In this document: positions 40,801-52,800 of the stretch, piece by piece
Layout of the letters: each line of letters starts with the position of its first letter
Numbering within the stretch: the first letter of the stretch is position 1
Source: Schmidtea polychroa
Lineage: Eukaryota
DNA length: 64,000 bases
Direction: 5' to 3'
Assembly: GCA_044892525.1 (NCBI GenBank)
Contig: CM097887.1
Location: 21,452,001 to 21,516,000, forward strand
Translations under genes and position numbers: made by a program
Notes under the pieces: model-generated
What the model saw: only the letters and a program-made list of their open reading frames with translations
Told to the model about the DNA's origin: nothing
Database searches by the model: none

Positions 40801-43800
40801 ACTCTTGCCTTTTTTGAGTATTCTTTTATAAATCTTCTGTAGTAATTGCATATTCCTAGGAAGCTTATCAGATTCTTAACACATTTTGACTTCTCAAATG
40901 ATTTAATCGCGTCTAGTTTTGATGGGTCCGTCTGTATTCCATCTTTGTTGATTATGTGACCTAAAAATTTGACTTCCTCTTTAAGGATATGGCACTTTTC
41001 CCATCAGTTCCTGAAACGTACCTGGTGCTGCTGCATTTGTAAATGGCATTCGGTTAAAACAGTATTGCCCTGATTTGGTTGAAAACCTGCATCATTCATA
41101 ATAGATGCAAGAATCATTACTGATTTTCGAATGCTAGTATTGGTTCAATTCAATACTTTGGAAATTGTTGTAATGGTGTCAGGCTGTCATTTAGATTGAA
41201 CGCTTACTAACATTAAAAGCACTTGACGTACTCATAAAGCCAGTATCAGACTCATCTCCACCAGTGTTACCATCTGATTCGTTGGAAGTACAATTCTCAA
41301 TTGAGGTGACTGTGGGGCTGATGCGGCCATGCAGCGGGTATGAATACGCTGTGACAATCTCTTACGTCATTCAGCTGATCGCTTCTCTTTGGCTGCAAGC
41401 TGTCTGTCAACTGATGTCATCGATCCAACGCGTGCTATGCCTTGCAGTCTTAGAAATTCTGTCTTCATCATTCTTTATCATCTGCTCTGCTCTGGCATGA
41501 CCGATGTCAAACAGTGGATCGAGCTTCTTGGTGTACTTGTGTTGGTTCAGTTTGTCCGCTGCATTGCGTTGCTTCTGATGCGGTGCTTTGTAATGGCTGA
41601 ATCATCGTCATACACTTGTTTCTACATAACGTGATGTTCATTCTTGTAAGAATTCTTGATTTCTCCCAAAACAGCATCACCCGAGCAAACACTTATTATG
41701 CACTGGCGTTAATCGTCAGCTTTTGAGATCGGTGGTAGAAGACAGCGTTTCTCATAACATCACGACCAGGCAGCAGACGTGCACCATTGATTGACTCAAG
41801 AGGATATCCAATGAGCCAAACTCTATCTTTACTTCTAGTATGTTCAACAGGATCACTTAGTGTAGCAATAGTTTAATCACAAATACTGGCATACACTGTA
41901 AAAATACACATTTGTCATAAAAATTATACGTAATGTCACAATACCAGACTTTACAAAATGGACAGTGGACACAGTAAACAGACATGTCACAGCAGGCTCG
42001 CAATAAATGAAGCAGTTCGACAGCAAATATTAAAATATTAAAATACTTCCAGTCAACCAATTCACAGTAAATGTTACACCTCGTAAGGATAATGATAACT
42101 ATGCCCACTATTTCAATAAACGCAGCTCGCCTGTCTCCGACCGACTCCCAGAAAATGTAACCCCTCCTAACTATAAGAACAAATGTTTAACACAATGTTA
42201 GTCATAAGAATATTATTAGATCACCAAAACCCCACTATTCAAAGCCTATATTTTGTAGTAAAATTTTTGAACCCAAAACCGAAATAATTAATAATCTACT
42301 AAGACCTCACTTCTCTCAAAAAATTCCTAAAAGAGACGACATGATACTGATTGCTGCTAATGAAGTACCCTTATCTTTTAAACCTTTGACCGACCAAGAA
42401 ATTTTTGAGCGCCGTAAAAAAAAATTAAACGAAATATGCGATACGAAAATACCCTTATAATACTTAAATACCTAACTATGCAAACTGACAAGGAGATAAA
42501 CATAAGAACAAATACAGATGACGAAGTAATAAACCACAAGACTAAAATAAACGCTTACTTTGACATCTGTTGTACTAAGATTAAAATTAAAGACTACAGG
42601 TACATTAATCACCTTAATATTAACGAACAAGTAACTATTTTGGTCAATTATTAGATAGGCGTAACCTAACAACCGAGTATATTAACCGAAGGAATTATAA
42701 GTGCCAAACACCAAACCTATCTGCACCCAGAAAATTTCACCTTTACATAATTTGTGGGACACCCTAAGATATATGAATATCTTTTTAGCCATTATTCGCA
42801 TATCAGTATAGCTGATAATAGAGTTAACTATTTTATTTTCAGGTATGAAGAATCACAGCAATTATCAGTAATTATCAGTAAGATGGTGTATTGGGCTACT
42901 GGGAAGCTTAGAAACTCGAAAAATACCACAAAAAGTGGCCAGGGAGAACATGGTGATACATCCCGTGATGTGGCAACATCTCAGACAATTACAACCTATC
43001 AAACAAACATCTTGCCAGACGACTCCAAATCTGACAAACTGTTGTGATTGCAATGCCCTCACAAACTTCAAAGCAGAATCCATCCTGAAAATACCCATAA
43101 GGGCTTAGGACGGAGTGCTGATGTCGCAATTATGACAATTACAGACTCTCCCGAGGGAAAAATCATATATGAGTATATTGAGTCATCAATAAGTGGTCAA
43201 TTAGCAACAGGTTTGTATATGACGTAATTAGCACGCGAGTGGGCAGTTAGTAACAGTGTGTTTATTACGTAATGAACACGTGGCTGGTCAGTTAGTATCA
43301 GTGTGTGTATTCCATAAAGGTCACACGTGAGGTCAGTTAGCAACTACATTTATAATACATAATAGCCACGCGAATGGTCAGCTAGCAACAGTGTGTATTA
43401 TGTAACCGTAATACCCCCCCACCTGTATCTGACGGGCTCACATCCTTCTACTCCAATCATTTTTTTGATTTAACTTTTAAAACAACTTTTTACAATTTTG
43501 CCATTTTGAAGATTTTTGTATTATTTTTATTTCAATTTATTTTTAGTATTATATATTTTATAGGTACACTAATGACGGACTTTTTATAATACTTAATAAA
43601 ATAAAAATCTTAACTATGGAGCAGAAATCTGATTATTTGCCTAAAGTAAAACTTTCAAATGATGAGCTCTGGCATCATGAAACCTGCACAGCTTCTTTGA
43701 ATGAAATTTCTAGATCTATACAACTATTTTCAGTTCGCAAAGTCATTTTCACAATGACCTATGGAGCTTTGAAATATCGATTTTACAAGATAACCAAATG

Positions 43801-46800
43801 TTTGTTCTAACCAGCACAAAGTCATTCACATGTCATTAATGTATCAAAATTTGCTATTACAATGAATGTCGAAATAATGACACAATAGAAAGATGGTAAT
43901 TGTGGTATTGTTACTATAACTAGCGGTCACCTTAGTAGCTAGATATTTACCATTGCGAATGAGATCCCCTGGAGATATGAGTTCCAGAAAGATAATATCT
44001 GTAACATATAGTCCTTGCAAAATTCCTGGTCAAAAAAAGAAAAATGTTGTCAAATTGTGAAATATATATATATAAAAAAGTTCGCTGGTTGTCAAAAGGC
44101 GTTTGTTTAATTAACCACGTTTTTAGACACTGAACAGGGTATCTATGCTGACAGGGCAACTCGTACACTTCATCGGCCAGCTCATAGTCTGACAGACAAA
44201 TGGAACCTGTATCATTAGCTTCGGTGATTTTCTTGACTTGTAATTTCTCAATATCTGCCTCATTTGCTGTGTTGGAGGACCACTCTGTTCAAATTGATTC
44301 ATAATTCTCGTTACAAAATTGTCGAAACTTTGATCTGAAAATATGTAATCTGACGAATCTGATCTAAAATCTAGAGGTAGCAATCCACCAAATAAATTTG
44401 ATATTAGTTGGCCAAAAACACTATTTCTGTTATCAGGAGTAATAAAAAAGGAACCATCAGTTTCGTTTGTAGTACTTCCACCAGGAATATGACGAATAAT
44501 ATGAAAAACATTCAAGGCATCATCATCACTTTCCATTGAGTTATCAGATTCAATTCTTTCAATCAATCCATCAATGCACGTCACACATTTACCATCCTGA
44601 GATGTGTGAACGTGCCTGTTGCATTTATGATAATAGTAATTATCTTTATTAATCGTAGTCATTGAACAAATTTACAAAAATCTATTTTCAAAACAATCAA
44701 AAACCTACCAAAATTTAAACAACTGATATAAAATCCAAACATCATAAAAAATCCAAAAATTCGATATAATATCCGAATAAATCCCCAAAATTACACTGAT
44801 CGCGTCTGTGTGCGCATAAAAAACCCCAAATGTCATAGCAAAAAACGCACACAGACACGAAACATAAACTCACAATTCACCAGTGTTGAAGCGACTTTTT
44901 CACCTTAAAGTACTTACTTTCCTTGAAAATGAGGATCATGATTTTGAAAGTTCAATTCCTAACCGATTTATTCAAATAATAAAATTCTTTGAAATTGATT
45001 AAAATGTTATTAATTAAAATGTTATTGTGGAAAATGAAAATATCGAAAGGAATATTTGACTGCTTTCCGACTGTCGATCAATCTCAATACAAGAAGAAAA
45101 TCGTCCTAGAAATTTTGAACTCTCTCAGCGAGCTACAGTCGGCAGTACAACATTACTTTCCCTCGCTTGGTCTCGACGAATATGAATGGGTGATAAATCT
45201 ATTCGCAATCAGTGAAATATGCATCTTGACAACTGAGGAAGAGGAACAGTTGATTTATTTAAAAAATGACAAATTCTATCAATCAATATTTACTGATACG
45301 AACTTGGAAGAGTTCTGGTTTTCAGTGAAAAAATCTTATCCTGTAATCAGCATAAAAGCATTAAAAATTCTGTTGCGATTTTCATCTTCGTGGTTGTGTG
45401 TTTGGCTTTTCAGCATTAACTGAAATCAAGTCTAAAAAGAGAGAGACTTCTAAGAATTGATGATGAAATGAGGGTTTGTTTGTCGACTTTGGAGTCCCGA
45501 TGGAATATTATCTGTTCAAGTAAGCAATCTCAACCTTCACACTGAAAAAAAAGTTTCCTTCATAATTTCTTGAAAATGTTTGGTGTACAGCGATCCAAAA
45601 ATGATTAGAGTGGATGATACCGAGGAAGTAGTAAAAAAGTTAGTAAATAAAACGACTTTAAAACCAAGTAAAAAGGAAAGAAAGTCAACAATGTCAATAA
45701 TAATATTAATTATAACATTGTTGTTAGATCTAATAAAATGGAATAATGCGAAAATTGCAAATGATTGTCAAAACCCAAAGTGGAGACAGAAATATTCATC
45801 ATTAGACATAGAACTTAAACAACTTCAACAACTTCAACAACAACCAGAAACAACTTCAACAATGATTATCGAAACAAAACCAAAGATTTTTCATATTTAT
45901 CAGAAATCAGTTTTATGCACACCGAAGCAAGAAAGTGTATAGTAAAGTTCTCGTAGGAAAATTTTGTCTGTAATAAAATAGTAAGTACAATATTGACACC
46001 TATGTGAGCACCAGAGTGATTGATAATAACGCCAGTAGAGAGCAAAAATGCATTTAGAACCAAAAAAATCAGAACATCTTATGGAATTGAATTAAATGCA
46101 CAAGTAAAACAATCTGTAGACGTTGTTGGATAGACATCAGTCGGGTGATATTGCGAAAGATGAAAGATCAGAAAAGAAAGACAACAATTATCCAAGAAAA
46201 AGATACACCAAAAATATATATGGATGAATCAGAAACAGAATCTATGAAATTTGTCGGGAAAGATGAAAGTGTTAAATGTGAAAAAAGCAGTTAAACTAAT
46301 TATGAGGGTATATAGATCAGTAAATATGAGATTAAAGATACGAAGCAAAATGTAGATAAATTCGATGTTAAACTATCGTCATATTTTAATAATCAAATTG
46401 CCTATTTCTACCATCATTAACTTGTACAATTAGACAAGGTATACCATGAAACCATTACAAGTGATCGTAAACTGAAAATCGTCGAAGAATCACTGAATAA
46501 GAATATTATGGCTTTCTGCAAGGAGAAAATTTTGGATTTACGATTATTTCGTAAATGGCGAGAAGAGCATGATCATCTTAGCAATGAGGTGGAGGTAAAT
46601 GTTAAGAACCACGAGTTAGGATCAGGTCGGCAGCGTCATTCCCAGAACTAGAAGACATCACAAATGATTGGATCGCGAACATAAGATCAAGAGCTTTAGT
46701 TGTACACAGAGCGGATATTCAAGCATTTGCTATTGAAACATAACCAAATTTGGATGTATACAGAGAGATATTCAAAGCATCAAAAGGATGGTTGCATAAC

Positions 46801-49800
46801 TTCTTTCAGCGATATGAGCTTCCTTTCCTCATCTTTGTTGATACTATCAACTTTCCTCAATATACTCGTTGTGGATGAAACTTCAGTATACATGGCCCAT
46901 GAAAACAGGGATGCCTCGTCGAATCTACGTTTCTTAATCAGGATACGAAAGTGCAAGAGTTACTCGTTTTATGGCAATTCGTCATGGAGGAACGAAAGTC
47001 CCACCACTTATAATTACAAAAAGCAAGAGAGACAAAATAAAAAGAAATAAAGAATACTTTTCCCCGTATAATTTCATAAAAAAATGTAAAATTAAATAAA
47101 TTCATTTTAGTATTAGACTTTATTAAATAAATTAAACAATATTATTAATATCAATATTATATTGCAATATTTATCGGTCGTAATTGAACCATCTAGTTCC
47201 CAATACCGCCTTGAAGCGCGGCGTATATATTTGCTTATAAAAAGTGCATATTAATAAATTTTGCAGCCATTTATTTGCCCGGATACAGGCTATTACATTA
47301 GGAACAACTTAAACGGTATATAGCGTTTGATTTACCTTAGACGTAAGTTTGTACTCAAATTGGACGTGAATTCTAAATTGTGTTATTAATATTTTGGTAC
47401 TAGAGTGCTAATATATTAGTTTTTCAGCTGTTTATCAAATTTATCAAGTGTTTGTACTATTATACAATTACTTCACCATAGTTTTGACCAATTAGATAAC
47501 ATAATAATTTTAATTTTTGAAAAATCTTAATTATTTTTATTTCGAATACAAATAACAGAAATCGAAAGTTCACAATAATTATTCATTATACTCTTGCTTC
47601 TTGTTTTTATTTGAGCATCAAACTCAATAAGGTCTAGTAGACAATTAAAAAATGATATGTCCATTTATTTCCTGGTAATTTGTCAAATGGCCGGAAGTTG
47701 AAAAAGTTAAGCATTATTTTTAAAAGGCAAATTTACCCATGTGAAATTAACCCATTATTTGATAACGAAATTACATGGAAAACCATTTATAATTTATGTT
47801 TTGTTATGAAAATAAACTTTATCATTTGTTGGCTTGTGCTTTGAATTCATAAAATGACAAAGAGAAACACCTGAAATTGATCAAGAAAAAATCATCAAGT
47901 GAAAACTCTACAAGTTGATCAAGAATAAGTTACAGGGAATTCAAATCGTATAAAAAATCATTAAAATACCGGAATTTCGAAAAGCACAAGATTAAACAAA
48001 GAGAATTAGAAGAAATTCAGGAATAAGAGGAAGATGACTTATGTTAAATGGGTCTGGTTCAATTTCCCGACAATCACTTGCCCGACAAACGGTTTAAAAA
48101 CTAAAAGAAAATTAATTCAGGTAAAACAAGTTTATTAAATAAATAGAAATTATTTAAGTTAAAAAATTTAATAAATAAATAAAAAAATAAAAAAATAGAA
48201 ATTATTTAAGTTAAAACTAGTTTAAAGAAAGAAAAAATTAAGGTAAATTTTTTTTAATATAAGTAAAAAAAATAATTATTTAAGGTAAAAAATAATTAAT
48301 AAATATAATTTAATTTTGAGTCATAAGATTAAATTGAAAATAAGTGAATAATCAATGAAAGCATTAAAATTTAATTTTCACACTTCTGTTTTGAAATTCA
48401 TATTCATAAAGGTTTTTATAAAAATTAAAGCTTGAGGCTAAGCATTATAAAAAAATATCAAAAAAAAATTGTCTGTTAAAAAACGTAAATAGAATAATTT
48501 AGAAAACTAAACATAAATTTAAAACATAAATAAATTAAAAATGTTGATTTTTTAACTAATTTTTAAACTAAAAGAAAATTAATTCAGGTAAAAAAAGTTT
48601 ATTAAAACCGTTTGTCGGTAAAGGGATTGTCGGGCAAGTGATCATGTCGGGAAAGTGATTTTCGGGCAAGCGATCATGTCGGGAAAGTGATCGCCACCCA
48701 TATTAAATATGAGATGCGATAACGAATTAAACTGACTTACAAGGAGATGCTGAGGGAGATTATAAATTTTCACATGGATCGATGGGACAGGACTACGGAC
48801 TTAACTTACCTGGATGGTGTTCGAAATCAAGGAGAGATAGCACGGAAGAATTGGGAAAATGACAATTCTGGTGAAAATATTCGCGCAGTGTATCGGGTGA
48901 AATTATTTCTTTCTATTCTGATTTCTTTTATGTGATGAATTGATGATTTAAATTTTAATTTCTTATAATTATTTTGTGATTTTGAAATTTTATTTATTTA
49001 TTTAACAAGAACTATTTCCGGTATTTGCAGCATTAATAAAGAGACTGCCAGTATCAACGCCTGAAGCAAATAAGCCACCTAAGCCTCGTCCGGGCAAGTA
49101 TGAAAGGAAAAGAATCAAAATTTTGAAGGCAGTGCGATATGCGAAAACTAAAAATTGATTGTGTTGATTTATTTTTTGTTGTGTTTGTTTGCTTTCAATT
49201 ATAATATATATTGTCAATTTATCCAATTTTCTGCTTTGAAATACTAAGTTTATTGACATATATGGACTGAATTGACAATAAGTATGGGAATTAAAATGAA
49301 TTCAGTGAGCTAAGTTGCATCGTAGTATTTTTCGACTAAAATAAATTTTCATAAAATTTCGTATTTTCACATCTTCGTTAGATAAAAATGCTTGACAGAG
49401 AGATCCGAAATGTAAATTGAGGACAAAGAGTCAAGATAGATAAAAATGATAATTGGGCTGAGATATGTGAATATTATTAATAATTTATGGCTCAGCTTTT
49501 GTTGACAGCCCCCGCTAAATTGCAATACCAACGTTGTTTATAAAATATTATGTACAGTTGCAAATGGGAGAAAGTAAGATCGATAATAGTGACAGAAGAG
49601 GTAAGAATTGTTTCCCTATGCGTAGCCCACCAAGGGTATCAATGGACATCATAATGGTAAGCTAATTTGGAATAAAATATTAGAATTGCTGGAGAAATGG
49701 GACATTGATGTAACCTTCGTTCATGAAACTGAGTCTACTATTGTCAAGGCCGCTAATGTAGCATTATTGCCAATTCTGGGTTGCTATACACACGCTATCC

Positions 49801-52800
49801 AGAGGGCTGTCATCGATGCAGTTGAAGCTTCCCACAATATTGCTAAAATCTTCCGGAATTCTCCGTTAGACAATGATCTATTGGAAGAGATTCAAAAATC
49901 AGTTCAGTTGGATTCAACAAGTTAAACGATTATTCCAAGTATTCCAAGTAAAAGAAATCTAGAAGTAGTACACGTTGACTACTAATTCAACTGTGTTATA
50001 CAGTCTGTGTGATTACAAATACAAGAGAAATGCTAAATACTTCCTTAAATTTAATTATCTATTTTATAAATGTCATCATTATTTTAACAAATACGTTTAA
50101 ATAACAAATAGTATTAAATAATATATAATGAACTCATCATACAATACAATATTTTGTTCCTTCTATTTACTCACTCACTTAAGTCGCTCTATCTATATTA
50201 AATTTTGTGATTCAAAAGACAGCAAAATGAATACGAGGCTTTTATAGATTTTTAACATTAATTAAAATTGTTATAATTATTAATAGATCTTGGTTATTTC
50301 GATAATAATATCATTTTTGTTAGTTTGTTTCATTTATTGGTATTTGCATAAATTGTAACCGTAATCTCTGTCTGGAAGCTAAGTGTATTATGGGTATCCT
50401 TGAAGGGACTACAAAATTCATAAAAAAAGTTAAAATCTTTCGCGTTCCGACTACTTGATTCGACTTCGACAAAGGATTTGGCAAATAGTAATTTTAAATG
50501 AAATGCAAGATAAACAACTATATGACGATTTGATATTTTTCCCAAATGCCAGGAGAAATTTATTCTATTTTTTTCTCTAAAAAAACTAAAGATTACAATT
50601 GAAATGGAAAATAAAAACACATTCCGAGATGAGCGTAGAAGTCAGAGAAGGAGATAAGAAAATCTCAGGAGAAATCAAATTAGAAATTAGAATATTGATT
50701 ATAATTTCAGTCGAGGTAAAATATTTAATTGTGAGTTTTGGTTTGAAGGATAACTATTATCCTTGTGATTGTTAATATAATTTAAGTGAACACAAAGTAC
50801 CGATAGATACTTTCGTGTTTCCTGGGAGCCCCAAAATCAGCCCACTTACTTTATCATTCTTTCAATTGCATCGCGATCGTTGTGCTACACAGGAGCCAAC
50901 GATTTCTTGCAGGCTGAGATAAACAGCAGGGATTAATAAATTCATTGTCTTGAGTTTTTCTGTACATTAGTAAAATTGTAATTTGTAAATTATTAATAAA
51001 AGTTTTAAAAAGAAAGAAATTGGTTTTGTTTGTGAATATTTAATAAATACGCGCAACCACATTGAATATCGTATATTTATATTTTATATAGGGTTGTTAA
51101 TATCGGTTTTTCGAGCAATCCGATTATCGTTTGTATAAATCCGATTTTAAACCGATTATCGTTTGCACTTTGCATAACCAAAGCTACTTACATTATTACT
51201 ATTCACGCACGTGTATAGTATAATTAGTTTTATTCAAAGTTTATACCACACACAAGGAGAATATGAACTGACTGTTTATGTAAAAAGTTAAAGCATATAA
51301 GTAAATTTGTTTTCAATTTCTTCGGTAATTTTCCCTGTATATACTAAAGTATAAATCAAAATAAAACTTTCCGGTGCTGCGGCGGCCTTATTTTAAAATT
51401 AAACATAAACATATCGAAACCATAGATATCAAAAACAAAGATTCCAAAGTGTAAACATTTAAAAGTAAGTACTAAATTCAATTTTATTTTTAAATATCAG
51501 ACAAGTCCTGGTTCATATTCAAAAAGACCAAAGATTCTGCATGATCTGGAAGAAGCCAGTTACGAAGCTTGGTTATCAGACGTCCAGTGGCCGAAAATAA
51601 TCGTTCCGATTGCACTGAGGTTGCAGGAATGCATAAGAACTTCCGGGCAAGAATAGCTGTTTTGCGGAAAAGTTTCATATTATGTTTCCACCACTCCAGG
51701 GCTGTTTCACTTGAGTTTGTCGACCATGATGATTTGACGTAATATTCAAAGTCGGATTCCTCTGGCGCCTGTTGTGCTGCACTATCACCAAGGAGAAACA
51801 TAACTGCATCATGATTTGGTCGTGATCTTTTAGTTGGTGGGATCATGTTATCTTCATCCCGACTCGTCTTCGGCTGTTCGGGGCAATCTGGCAGCTGTCT
51901 GATGAGATGACGGACATTTTCATACGCCAGCTTTTTGAAATCGTCCGGAAATCCAGGAAGATGCTTATACATCGGATCGAGAATTGATGCAACAACGCAT
52001 TCGTTTTTTGCTGTTTCATTATTTTCTAATCCAAAACGACGTGAAATATTCTTAGCAAGATCTCTCTTAAATTCACCCATAATGTCAGAATCTTCTTCTT
52101 TAATGGTTAAATGATTTTTCACGAGTCCCCATAACATGGGAAAAACACAAGAGGCTGATGGCTGGCTTTCGGCTGACATGACGGACGTCACGATCTGCAA
52201 CGCTTTTAAAACAGGGAGCAATTCAGTCATCAGTTGCCAATAATCGTCCTTCATGCCCAACGTTTTGGCATCGTTCAATTTCACCACGTTTTTGTCGCTC
52301 AATACTGCAACTACTGGCCATCTCAGTTCTACTAGTCGTTCAAACATGTCATAGACGCTGTTCCAACGAGTCTTACAGTGCTGAATAAGTTTTAGTGGCG
52401 TTTTATCCTTGTCCATGGACAACTGTCTTTTCAGGAGCTCCCCCGTTGCCATTGGGCTATGTGAGAAATGTCCGACTAGTCGTGCTGCAGCTGATATACA
52501 TTTGGAAATTTGATGATCCGTGACAACATGGGAGCCCATTGCATTATTGATGCAAAGTTGCAATTTATGCGCCGCACAGTGAACGTCAAACCATCCATTG
52601 AGATTGCCTGCATGATTGATGTTGGATGCACCATCATGGACACATGCATCAATTTTTTCTTTTATTGACCATTCATCAGCTATACTACATAGATGGTCAG
52701 CAATGACGGCTTGTGTGTGGCGTTGAGTCATCAGAATTGTTCCAAGAACAGGCGTCATCATATTCCAGTCTGTATCAATGTAGCTTGCAGTAAAACTGAG

